A DNA stretch of 64,000 bases from Octopus bimaculoides (GCF_001194135.2 NC_068982.1:38566821-38630820); one strand, 5' to 3'. Shown: positions 48,656 through 61,303, numbered from the stretch's first letter. The notes: generated by a model from the letters alone, not told the origin. Numbers and translations are program-made.

Positions 48656-49959
48656 CACCACCATTATGAAAGACTGCTGAATGTGGTGAATGAATGGAAG
48701 GAGGAGAGTTTGGCAAAGCTTGACCCAATTGAGGGAACAGTTATCTGAATTGACAGTACTCTGGTAGATAAAGCAATTAAGGATATGAAGACAGGGAAAG
48801 CACCAGGTCCATCAGGAATCACCACTGAGATGCTTAAAATATTGGGTGGTGTGGGTTATGGTCTTGTCACCCACATCGTAAATCAGGTAGTTAATGAAAG
48901 ATTCATACCCAATGACTGGTGTAGCAGCACCATAATCAACTACTACAAGGGTAAAAGTGATGCTTTCGATAGAAATAACTATAGGGTATCAAATTATTTG
49001 ATCAGGTGATGAAAGTTACAGAGAGGGTCATAGCCCAACTAATTAGGGAGGGAGTTAGCCTAGATGAGATGCAGTTTGGTTTTGTGCCAGGCAGAAGCAC
49101 CACTGATGCTTTTTTTCTGGTATGGCAACTTCAGGAAAAATATCTGGCCAAAGATAAACCGCTGTACTTGGCTTTTGTTGACTTGGAGAAAACCTTTGAT
49201 AGGGTCCCCCGATCCCTTATTTGGTGGTCAGTGCAAAAACTGGGGATAGACAAGTGGTTGGCAAGAGCTGTACAAGCCTTGTACAGGACTGCAGTCAGTA
49301 AAGTTGGCAACGAGTGTAGTGAAGAATTCCAAGTAGAAGTAGGGTTCACTAAGGATCAGTCCTCAGCCCCCTCTTATTCATTATAGTCCTCCAGGCAATA
49401 ACAGAGGAATTCAAGACAGAGGAATAACAGAGGAATTCAAGCCCCTCTATGCTGATGACCTTGCCCTAATAGCTGAGTCACTGCCAGAACTAGAGACAAA
49501 GTTTAGGGTGTGAAAGCAAGGCCTAGAATCAAAGGGCTTTAGGATTAACCTAGCAAAAACCAAAGTCTTAGTAAGTAGGAAGGCTGTCAAATCACAATCC
49601 CCTTCAGGAAGATGGCCCTGCTCAATTTGTAGAAAAGGCGTGGGTAGAAACTCCATACGTTGTACCCGGTGTAAGCTATGGACACAAAAGGTGCAGCAAT
49701 ATCAAAGGAAAGTTAACTGGGAAAATAGTTTTTGTGTGTGGCAGATGCACAGGAGCAATAAACACTGAAGATGTACAGAAAACAGATTCCATCACATGCC
49801 AGGGGGAGAAACTAGAAATAGTTAATAGCTTCTGCTACTTAGGCGACCAAGTCTGTAGTGGGGGTGGTTGCTCTGAAAGTGTAGCAACTAGAGTAAGAAT
49901 AACCTGGGCAACGTTCAGGGAACTCCTACCTCTGCTAGCAACTAAGGGCCTCTCGCTCA
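48651..49959 (+). mobile_element. RTE-clade LINE ORF2 reverse-transcriptase fragment, truncated at both ends
   Basis: MKTGKAPGPSGITTEMLK, DEMQFGFVPGRSTTDA, YLAFVDLEKTFDRVPR, YADD at 49448-49459, FCYLGD, RVRITWATFRELLPLL; several frameshifts. Confidence 0.95.
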
Positions 49960-51196
49960 GTGTTCCCTGCCCAGAAAATCTTGTACCTGTGTTCTTTGCC
50001 TGTGAGGAACCTAGCAGAACCTCCTCCCCACCTTACTTCTTGGAGGCAACACAAATCGACACCAGTTTTATTTTAAGATTTCTTGTCAATAGAGAAGGAG
50101 CTGGTTTCTAAACTAAATTCAAGGCTCCTTCATTTGAATTTAAGCAACAGCAACGAAATATTTTTACATGTATGTGTGTATATGTGCAGTATTTGGAGTC
50201 AGTGCATATACATATTAGTGTATGTATGTATGTATGTATGTATGTATGTATGTATGTATGTATGTGTGTGTGTCTGACTTTTTATCTATCTATTTATCCA
50301 TCTATCTATCTATCTGTGTATGTATGTATCTATCTGTCTGTCTGTCTGTCTATCTATCTATCAATGTGTGTCTATCTATCTATCTATCTATCTATCTATA
50401 TATCCGTCTGTCTGTCTGTCTGTCTGTCTGTGTGCACACGCACATGCATGTGTGTGTAGGCACAGGTTTGGCTGCATGGTTAAGAAATTTGCACTGTAGC
50501 CATATAATTTTGGTATCTAAGACAAGGGTTTTTCACTGTAACTTAAGTCTGGCCTAAATCTTCTGTGTAGATTTTGGTGGACTGAAAATGAAGAAAGCCA
50601 CTTGTATGTATACATGTATATGTGTGAATTTTGTGTGCACATGAGCATGTGTGTATGTGCACATGTGTATGTATATATGTGTGTGTGTATATATGTGTGT
50701 GTGTAAGTGTAGGGTACATTAGATAACAGTATACACGTTTATAATATTCCGAATGTAGACCAGAAAGTGAAGAAAAAAAAAAAGGAAAGGTAAATAAATA
50801 AAACCCACCCACAGGATGCCAGGTTGTATAAGCTGTTCAAAAGTATAATAAAATAGTAAGTTGTTCTCCAGTAGTAATGCCAATAAACTCTAGTGTCTTT
50901 CCCACAGATACAATGAAATACTATCTGCATGCTTTGATTCATGTGCCAAGAGTACAGTATTAATAGTGTACTTAGCTATTAGATGCATAGGCACACGCAC
51001 ACGTGCACACACAGAGTTACATGCACATGCTTACCCACTCACCCACACACTCACACAAACACACACATACTCATACACACACACATACATACATACATAT
51101 ATATATATCAATACATATGTATGTCAATACATATGCATATGTAGGTGTGTGTGTGTTTCTGTAAGCATTTAATAGCTAGGTACACTATGTGTAGGT

Positions 51197-51234
<38 letters not shown>

Positions 51235-51466
51235 CAAGAAACGGTTGGCATTTTCTCTGGTGATTAAAACATCAGACTTTTTCTGTTCTTTAAATAATTT
51301 ACTAGAAATGTTGCATGTGTGGAAAAAATGTCTGTTACCTAAATGATATTAAACAAACCAAATAAGTATCATATAATGTTCATTTGAATTTATCAGTTTT
51401 GCTCATGTATAATAGGCTAATATATATCATATTCTCTGTGCTGATTTCCTGTTGTAGTGCACCTGT

Positions 51467-51498
<32 letters not shown>

Positions 51499-51893
51499 TG
51501 TATATTTCTTTTGAACAGCCACCGTTCTATGATGGATAGCTGCAAAGAAAAGTGAATAGGAAGGGACAATACTACACATATAGAATGATGGTCTATATAA
51601 TGAGAACTTTGTGAAATTATAAATTTATTCTGGAAGAGGAACATGTATAGAAAACATGAAAAAAATAAATTGCCATGGGCACAAGTGTATGCAGTTAAAA
51701 AGCATGCTTTATGAAAATATGGTTTTGTGTTCAAATCAAACTCCATAGCACCTTAGGCAATTCTCTCCTGCAATAGCTCCGGGCTGACAAATACCTTGTC
51801 TGTTAATTTGGTAGACATAAACTGTGTAGAAATTTGTCATATGCACGTGCATGTGTGTGTGTGTTTGTGTTTGTGTCTGTGCATGCATGTGTG

Positions 51894-51929
<36 letters not shown>

Positions 51930-52720
51930 TGTCTTTGTGTCTGTGTATGTCCCCACCACCACAAGCACCACCACCACAAGCACCAGCACAACCAGCACCA
52001 GCACCACTACCAGCAGCAGCACCACCACCACNNNNNNNNNNNNNNNNNNNNNNNNNNNNNNNNNNNNNNNNNNNNNNNNNNNNNNNNNNNNNNNNNNNNN
52101 NNNNNNNNNNNNNNNNNNNNNNNNNNNNNNNNNNNNNNNNNNNNNNNNNNNNNNNNNNNNNNNNNNNNNNNNNNNNNNNNNNNNNNNNNNNNNNNNNNNN
52201 NNNNNNNNNNNNNNNNNNNNNNNNNNNNNNNNNNNNNNNNNNNNNNNNNNNNNNNNNNNNNNNNNNNNNNNNNNNNNNNNNNNNNNNNNNNNNNNNNNNN
52301 NNNNNNNNNNNNNNNNNNNNNNNNNNNNNNNNNNNNNNNNNNNNNNNNNNNNNNNNNNNNNNNNNNNNNNNNNNNNNNNNNNNNNNNNNNNNNNNNNNNN
52401 NNNNNNNNNNNNNNNNNNNNNNNNNNNNNNNNNNNNNNNNNNNNNNNNNNNNNNNNNNNNNNNNNNNNNNNNNNNNNNNNNNNNNNNNNNNNNNNNNNNN
52501 NNNNNNNNNNNNNNNNNNNNNNNNNNNNNNNNNNNNNNNNNNNNNNNNNNNNNNNNNNNNNNNNNNNNNNNNNNNNNNNNNNNNNNNNNNNNNNNNNNNN
52601 NNNNNNNNNNNNNNNNNNNNNNNNNNNNNNNNNNNNNNNNNNNNNNNNNNNNNNNNNNNNNNNNNNNNNNNNNNNNNNNNNNNNNNNNNNNNNNNNNNNN
52701 NNNNNNNNNNNNNNNNNNNN

Positions 52721-52759
<39 letters not shown>

Positions 52760-52925
52760 ACACGTAAAAGCACCTACTACACTCTCTGAGTGGTTGGCGT
52801 TAGGAAGGGCATCCAGCTGTAGAAACTCTGCCAAATTTAGATTGGAGCCTGGTGTTGCCATCCGGTTTCACCAGTCCTCAGTCAAATCGTCCAACCCATG
52901 CTAGCATGGAAAGCGGACGTTAAAC

Positions 52926-52962
<37 letters not shown>
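52760..52962 (+). mobile_element. Young 5'-truncated RTE-tail retroposon with (GAT)n tail
   Basis: Almost identical to 164-348; another diverged copy at 61160-61300. Confidence 0.9.
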
Positions 52963-53190
52963 GCCTGTTTAAATGCTAAAGAGTTAACCTATTACAATAT
53001 ATAAACCACTGTAAATGATTGTATGTAAATACACTGAGTTTGTCAGATATTTAGCTTATAACTTTAAAATTTTGTAAAATGAGTTTCAATATCTCACAAC
53101 TTTATTCTAAACATTTAGTGTTAGGTGAATGCATTATCAATTTGAAGTATATTGCCTTTAGAGTGTTTTCTTGCTTTTGTATACTGATAT

Positions 53191-53785
53191 AGGTGCAGGC
53201 ATGGTTGTGTGGTAAAAAGTTTGACACCCAGCCACATGGCTCTGGGTTCAGCCCCACTGCAAGGTAAATGCCTACTACTATAACCCTGGGTCAACCAAAG
53301 CCTTGTAAGTGGATTTGGAATCTGAAAGGAGCCTGTCCTGTGTATGTGTATGTGTGTGTATATTTTACCTTTTACTTGTTTTAGACTGTGACCATGCTAG
53401 GGCACTGCCTTGAAGAATTTTTAGTTGAATGTATCAACCCCAGTACATATTTTATTTAGAAGTCTGGTACTTATTCTATCAGTCTCTTTTGCCAAATCAC
53501 TAAGTCACAGGGATGTAAACACACCAGCATCAGTTGTCAAGTGGTGGAGAGGGACAGACACAAAGACATGCACACACACAGACACAGACACACATATACA
53601 CACACGAATATGCACATATATATGACAGGCTTCTTTCAGTTTCTGTCTACTAAATCCACACACAAGGCTTTGGTTGGCCTGAGGTTATAGCAGAAGACAC
53701 TTGGCAAAGTTGCCACGTAGTGAGACTGAACCCCAAACTATATGGTTGGGAAGCAAGCTTCTTACTACACAGCCACACCTGCATC
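53191..53785. mobile_element. Two family A SINEs in inverted orientation (53191-53345 +; 53370-53785 -)
   Basis: Head GGTGCAGGCATGGTTGTGTGG on + and its reverse complement CACAGCCACACCTGCATCT at about 53767-53787. Confidence 0.85.
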
Positions 53786-55004
53786 TAGATATTTATATAT
53801 AAATACATACATACATACACACACACACGTGTGTGTGTGTGTGTGTATATATTGATATATATATATATATATATGTACACTGCTTAATGTCAGGCAAATG
53901 AAGAAGGAGCACTCAATACATGTTGTAGAGAATGTTCTTAACCATTAAACTGGAGACAAACTCTAACTACAGTTTTAATAAAAACTATGTGTGCATGTAC
54001 AGTCTGGGGTGGGGAGCATTATGTCACTTTGTCTTGACATTATGTGACAGTTGTAAATGTGTGTCACTGTCAAACATAGTGTAATTCATGTCCAATATTC
54101 TGCGAGAACATATCTGATCTTCGGGAAATATTACCTTACTTGGAGACAGAGGAGGGTTGGCAACTGGAAGGGCATCTGGCTGCAGAAAATCTGCTCCAGG
54201 TATCTCTTCCATCCAACCAATGCAAGCGTTGGNNNNNNNNNNNNNNNNNNNNNNNNNNNNNNNNNNNNNNNNNNNNNNNNNNNNNNNNNNNNNNNNNNNN
54301 NNNNNNNNNNNNNNNNNNNNNNNNNNNNNNNNNNNNNNNNNNNNNNNNNNNNNNNNNNNNNNNNNNNNNNNNNNNNNNNNNNNNNNNNNNNNNNNNNNNN
54401 NNNNNNNNNNNNNNNNNNNNNNNNNNNNNNNNNNNNNNNNNNNNNNNNNNNNNNNNNNNNNNNNNNNNNNNNNNNNNNNNNNNNNNNNNNNNNNNNNNNC
54501 AGTGGTGGTGGTAGTGGTGGTGGTGGTGGTGGTGACGGTGACGGTGGTGGTGGTGGTGACGATGATGATGTGCAAATACTCTGCTATTTAGTGGGACACT
54601 CACTGGAAGTCAGTTGCAAAAATAAATAAATAAAAGAAGAAAGAGAAAACCTGAAAAAGTAAGTGTTGTAGCTATTGAATTCAAGGATAACACTAGAAAT
54701 ATCTTACTTATTACTAGGTAAGAAGAAAGTAAAAAAAGGAAGAATGAAATCCTATAGGATATGGCCTAGTTAGACCATAAAGTCTATGATATATTCATGC
54801 ATTAATCTATATGTATGATCTGTATGAGAACTGTTAGAACCACACGTTGGTTACAAAATTCCTTTTGTAATCATATTTGAAATATCCATGACTGCTATGT
54901 AGGTTACATTCCTCCCTATAAACCTCATCATATTCTTGCAGTGTATGCTATAAAGACAAGATTGTTCAGTCAATGAGGAAAGGAGGGTATAATTCTTATC
55001 CAGG

Positions 55005-55457
55005 CATGGCTATGTAGGTGCAGGCATGGTTGTGTGGATAAGAAGCTCATGTTGCAACCATGTGGTTTCAGGTTTAGTCCCAGTGTACAGCACTTTCAAG
55101 GAGTGTCTTCTGTTATAGCTTTGAGCCAACCAATGCCTTGTGAGAGAATTTGTAAGCTGAAAACTGTGTGGAAGCACATCATGTGTGTGTGGGTGTGGGT
55201 GTGGGTGTGTGTGTGTGTGTGTGTGTGTATGTGTTTGTCCCCACCACCCTTGACAGCCAGTGTTGACTTGTTTATGTCCCCATAACTTAAAGGGTAAAGA
55301 GTAAATACCCTCTTTGATTATGAATAACTATGGGATTGCACCTAGAAGGTTCCCCTCCAAGGCACAAATTTGGGCAAGGTTGCTTATGGAAGACCAGCAG
55401 TTGTCCATGCATACCAGCCTTCCCTGACGCTCTAACCACTGAACCATGCACCTTCAC
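55005..55457. mobile_element. Family A SINE (+, about 55005-55290) abutting an internally deleted family B SINE (-, 55306-55457)
   Basis: In the B copy the tail (…GCATACCAGCCTTCCC) joins directly to the head (GCTCTAACCACTGAACCATGCACCTTCAC), with the central body missing. Confidence 0.75.
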
Positions 55458-58400
55458 ATAATGGTTCATTAAAAGAGACTGATGTAATAAGAAGTAGAAT
55501 GAAAAAAAGAAGTACAAGGGTTGATTTGTTTGACTGAACCCTTCAAGACATTCTTTCAGCCTGGCTGCAGTCCAGAAGCGAGACAAGTGAAAGATAAAAC
55601 ATGTGAAACCACAAAAATAGCAAAGTATATTGTACAGAATAAAAGGAAAATATTCTCAGAAAAAGGTAGGTAGTTGTCTTGTTTAATGTAATCTGGTTGT
55701 TTGGTGGATTTTTATTTCACACTGATATGAAATTTTCCTGAGAGTGCAGATAGATGTGGGGTAAAGAAATTCACTTTGCAATTCTGAAGGTTCTTCATTG
55801 TTTCTGGTTTAGTACCACTATACACCAGTTTAGGCAGGGTTTTTTAATATTAGATTATGTCAAGGTGGTGAGGTGGCAGAATCGTTAGCAAGCTGGGCAA
55901 AATGCTTAGTGGCATTTTGTCCATATTTATGTTATGAGTTCAAATTTCACGAAGGTCAACTTTGCCTTTTATCCTGTCAGGATCAATAAATAAGTATCAG
56001 TTGGACACTGGGACTGATGCAATCGACTTAACCTGCCTCTGGAATTGCTGGCCTTGTGCCAAAATTTGAAACCAATATTGGGCGATATCAAAGCAGCAAG
56101 CTGGCAGAATTGTTAGCATGCCAGACAAAATGCTTAGCTGCATTTCATTCATCTTTGCCTTTCATCCCTTTGGGGTCGATAAAATAAGTACTAGTTGGAT
56201 GCTGGGGTCGATGTAGTTGACTTAACCTATCCTCCTAAAATTGTTGGCCTTGTGCCAAAATTTGAAGCCAATATTAAATGATGTCAACCAATACCTTGTA
56301 AGTGAAATTTGGCAAGCAGGAAAACCTTTCTGAAATTTCAACATAAAAAGGGTGAATGCATACATATATACATACATTTTTGCACGCATAGATCCATACA
56401 TTTTTATGTATCTATATATGTACATACAAAGGAATGCTGAAAAATTCCTCGCCCATCCTAATGTCAACCATTTTACAGAGTGTAATGGGTGCAGTTCTTC
56501 ATAGCACCAGCATTGTAGATGTTGCCTTGATGTCATTAAAACTAAAAACCTCTTCCAAGCCCTGTGTTGTCACTATTCAAATTGATTATCAACCACATAG
56601 AGGATAATGGGTCATTTTTGTGACACCAGCACGGTTGGGGGTCTCTTGTTAGGAAGAAGGGGGGATAGCAAGACATAGATGGTGGAATTATAGGGAAAGG
56701 AGATATACAGTATGCACAAATTGGATACTTTCCTCTCAGATATGGGTGTCATGACAGTGATTTGAGGAGGTGAGAGGATATAAATGAGGCACAGCAGTTA
56801 AAACAGATAGTCATGGGATGTGAGGCTATGGAATAGATAACAGCTAGGTGAGGATGCTTGCACAGAGGGTACACAATCAAGGGATGTGATAATATAGAAT
56901 GGACAACAGATGTAGAATGTGTATGTGAATGTGTGTGTGTGTATGTGCATGCGTGTGTGTGTGTGCATGTGTGTGTGTATCAGCATGAGATTGAAGAATT
57001 GGTTCATTGTATTTTTATTCCCATTACATCTCTTGATATCCAGGTTAAGGTTTGTCGTTCAACCTTAAAAATTTGTTAAAATAAATACCAAACAAGCTAC
57101 TAGAGTCAATACAAAACATCTGAAGGCAGTGACTTTGCATGGTTGCAATCCAATGACTGAAACCAATTAAGAGATTAACAGATTATGAATGTTAGTTGCT
57201 ATTTTACAGTAAGGTTCTTTTCTAGAGCTTCAAGTTGTTGCTCGAGAAGGAATGTACTCAGGTGGTTGTCTGTTACCTTTTCTTTCCTTTCACCAAAGTC
57301 TACTTTCTTTTTACATACCTGCCTAGATTAAGAAACCAAGTTCTATTCTCCCACTTGGGGATGTAAGAATGGAACTCTACCTTACCCTTCCCTGTACAGT
57401 CTGCATATGATGCAAGACATTATTATAATGTTGATATTTATTAAGAAGTAATTAGATTTGTTACATTTATTGCTTTCCCTTGACTATGAGTGAAGATCTA
57501 GGAACTGAGCCAGATTACAGATTTGTTTCAATGAGAAATTATTACTGTCAGCTGAAGATTTCGTCTTATGTATCTTTTAATGTTACTATAGAACTACTTC
57601 TTCAACTTCTATCCATCATCCTCATTACTCTCAGTTTTATAACAATCACCTTTGATATCAATATTATTATAATTTTCATTACCATAAAATTCACTACATT
57701 AAAGGTTACATTTAACTATGGATTGAGAATCTAACTTGAAATCATTGTCCTACATTCTCGACATATTGAGTGTTTTCTATTTTGCATTTCAAACTTGTTA
57801 GTGGAAGGCACTGTTCTTTTTTCTTATTATTTATTTATCTATTTATTTTTTCAAGAATCCTGCCAAAATCTCTGACTGTTCACTCGAGTAGGTACATACA
57901 TTTCACGTATACAGTAAAAGAGGAATATGGGAAATAAGAGATTACACAGCTGCTGTATGTTTCAGTCTACTTTGTGGTATGGGCGGTGTAGGTATATGCT
58001 TAACAAAGCAGTAGTGGGTAGATGTAGTGATTGAAGTAGCCAAAATAGGTGATAGAATAATTAAATTAAGACAGTAGTAATCAACATGATAACATTTATC
58101 TCTCTTTATTCTCCATAAATATGATTGATAGATGTGTAAAACTTGTGCAGGCTAGCTCAGGAATTGATGACAGTGATACTATCACGATAACTGGCAGTTT
58201 AAATGGTCATGTCAGAAATTATCAGGGGAGATATATTGACCATGGCATGAAAGTTTAAGAGGAGTCAAGCTTCTGGAGTTCTGCAATGCAATTACGGAAT
58301 CTTTCTAGTGCAACTATGTGTGCATGGGAGTCAGATTGCTTTTTATATTTACCAGAAATCTAGACTGATTGATAGTTGTAATTAGTAGATTCTTAGGTTG

Positions 58401-59119
58401 CGAGGGATGAACTCTTCAACATAGTTTAATGGTGAGGGATTTTAGATTGAGCATAAGACCAAGTAAGAACTGAAAGACAAGTAGGAAATGGAAGATATGT
58501 AAGATAAAACATATCTTTCATTTGTTAGTCGAGACAGCTAAATAGTATTGGGACGCTGATTGATATTGGAAGGTGGAGATAGGAATCTTTAACATAAAGA
58601 ACAGTTCTAAGACATCTTTCAAACTTCAACCTATTCTGTGATTGAACATGTCCTCAATTAGGGTATCATAAAATATTGTGGTGGAATATTAGAGTGGAAA
58701 ATATCATAAGGGCTTAACAGCAGGCCTTGAAGAAGTAAAAAGAAAGGGATATCATCATTATCATCATCCTCCTCATCATCATCACAATTTAACATCTTCT
58801 TTTGATGCTGGCATGGTCCTAAATGTCCTAAAAGTATTCTGTTTATATAGGTGCACACAACTAGGTCCCACACTTAGTATGTTCCTACCACCATTTCATC
58901 TTCCCAGCACTCATCTTTCCATCATTCTTCTAACTACTACATTATTCTACTGTTGTAGTTAATCGAGAGTTGAGCTATATATATATATATATATATATAA
59001 TAACAGAAACGGATGAATTTTGATTATCCCCACGTGTTTGAGCTGTAATATATATAAGAAATTAAAGAAGGAAAATGCACACACTTTACATAGTTGTAAT
59101 ATATTTTTTAATATATTTT

Positions 59120-59165
59120 ATATTGTTTGTCAACCAGTTTCGCTTTTGTTAATCATGACATTAAA
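59120..59165 (-). ncRNA. Decayed minimal type-I hammerhead-ribozyme-like motif in the PLE 3' region
   Basis: Minus strand TGTC-ATGA-TTAACAAAAGC-GAAAC-TG-GTT-GACA: stem I TGTC/GACA and GAAAC core present, CUGAUGA incomplete. Confidence 0.35.
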
Positions 59166-59429
59166 ATTATTTTAATTACGTATTTTCTTAAGAATATTTT
59201 TGTCCATGTTGTGTGTGGAGTTTAGGAACGAATGATTCAACAAGTAGAAAAATCTAAGGGGAGGTAATTGGTGATCGTTGTTATTGTGGACAGAGGAGAT
59301 AATTGTTCATCTTTTGGCGGGCTGGGGGGGAATCTACACAAAAATTCAAAAGCCTGAGTGGTGGTGAGAAATATGTACTGTGATGGGTATATAATCATGA
59401 ATTAAAATATGTATAGAGATCAAAGTTAG

Positions 59430-59865
59430 TTATGCGTGTATATTTAGAGGTGTTCTGTATTTTTCGATGAATAAATTTTCTTTATTTAAATATGCTTGTA
59501 TAGAAATTGCATCTTTGCACAGGTAGAAGGGGAAAAGTGTGAAATTTGGTTTGATGTTACCTGCACATCTCCCTATGTGTTCACTTAAAGGAATCTGTCT
59601 ATACTGCGGGAACTGGATTTGCTCTTTATGTAGAGTGGTTCTCCATCTCAATGTCATACTCGTCTGTCCTATATAATGATGTCCACAACCAGAGCAGATT
59701 ATTACATAAATTAGATTCTCAGAGGCACAAGTGAAGCTAGTTTTAATTGTGAACCTCTCTCCTTGTTTGAAAAGGAAATCCGAGCCTTCAAGTAGGTTGG
59801 GGTATGTTCTACAGTTTGGGCGTCCACATTTTCTAACCGTTGGTTTCATGGTTTTGTTCTTATAT
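59430..59865 (-). mobile_element. Penelope-like element C-terminal GIY-YIG endonuclease (5'-truncated by a (CA)n tract)
   Basis: NLIYVIICSGCGHHYIGQT (59714-59667 = LIY..YIG), LRWRTTLH, KENLFIEKY..PLN, preceded by the KCGRPNCRTY Cys motif; open for about 145 codons. Confidence 0.92.
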
Positions 59866-60249
59866 ACACACACACACCTGCACACACTCTTTCTGTGCTA
59901 TTAGTTTATCTCTTCCTGTTCTTGAACCACTTTGACATCTATCCCACATTCTCAACATCATCCCTCGCCACCTATATTTTCCATTGATCTCTCCTTCTGT
60001 ACCATCAATTTTCTCCCTCTCCCTGAGCTACATCTTATTGACACCCATACCTCATTTCTTACTATCTTCTCATACCTGCCATTGACCCTTTCTCCCCATC
60101 TTTGTTCAGCACTCATTATATTCTCCACCATGTATCTCTGACCTCTTCCATCCCTCACACTGCAAGTCTACCGTTTTCTCTCACTCCACCACACTCTTGC
60201 AACCTTTCCCCACTCGTTCTCACTCATTATCGCCCTTTCTCTCATATAA

Positions 60250-60627
60250 CTACAATTTTGCTACCCACTGATTACACAAGACACTGCCAGTTCCAGTGAC
60301 AACACAACAGCAACCACGTGGGACTCACCAACTTCGTGCAACAGCATTACGGCGACCTCCATCTCTGTCACCACCATTCGTCCTAATGCCAACATCTCTC
60401 TACATACTCGCTCAGGTTACAATACTGCACTGTTTGTGAACTACTTCACCATGGATCAACAGCGAATATACAACCTGCGAGAGCTCCTATACCAAGTGAC
60501 CCAAGCAGCAGCATCACAGCCACAACTTCACATGCGACATGCATTGCAACTGGCCCTGCATCATCGCTGCAACTTTTTGATACAGTATTTCAACTATCAT
60601 GTACAATTGACTACGAACTGGTGTTGA
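60250..60627 (+). other. Stop-free frame of about 125 codons (Thr/Ser-rich N-half, then MDQQRIYNLRELLYQ...), origin unknown, probably retroelement-derived
   Basis: Open from 60250 to TGA at 60625-27; first ATG at about 60451; lies head-to-head with the PLE endonuclease. Confidence 0.3.
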
Positions 60628-61303
60628 TCATTCTTGTGTCTATGAACTTACTCCTCACTTCGATGGCTATAGACTTTTTCACTGTCTCTTCTTCATCACC
60701 ATCCTTGTATGTTCTTAACATGCATACATTTATGCCTACATACATACGCAAACATCTTATTCTTATGACGGCCTGTCTATTATTCTGTATACATGACGCA
60801 CACACAGTCACACATGTTAACATATCAATAAATTTTCTTTTAAACATTCTACCTGGTTGTGTCTCTTATTTCCCTCTGGCACATATATGCATTGTTCTAT
60901 TTATATTTACTGTATTGACTGTGTGATGTACTAAGGAGCCATTCTCATCACCTCGTTTCATACGGATGTCACAAATCGGCGACATGTTCCAGCTCCTTGA
61001 AACTACAAAACAATTATAATGGGAGAAGGAGATACTCCACAGGTATCTAAACCTTCATGCCCATTATAGGGGTTTTTAATCTTGCAAATTACATGGCAAT
61101 TTCACTAGTGCTGGGGCCACAAAAAAAAAAAAGAAAGAAAATGGAGTATACTCTGTTAATTGGTTGGCATTAGGAAGGGCATCCAGCCATAAAAGTTTTG
61201 CGAAACCAAACAGTAGAACTTGTTGCAGTTCTCTGAATCATTGGATCCTGTTGAACCATCCAGTCCATGCCAGCATGGAAGGTGGACGTTAAACGATGAC
61301 AAT

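Larger units (their letters stand above)
21564..54499. other. Six assembly gaps (21564-21653, 25616-25767, 45284-46180, 46987-47257, 52032-52720, 54233-54499)
   Basis: Runs of N, mostly bounded by (TA)n or (ACC/GGT)n repeats. Confidence 0.99.

Noticed and set aside
57226-57400. Short exon-like segments (plus ELQVVAREGMYS; minus donors at about 57318 and 57385)
   Set aside because: Too short and mutually conflicting in strand; the cadherin-like resemblance is not supportable.
60925-61005. Stem AAGGAGC/GCTCCTT directly before GAAAC, resembling a hammerhead stem II
   Set aside because: No CUGANGA box and no stem III or NUH triplet downstream.
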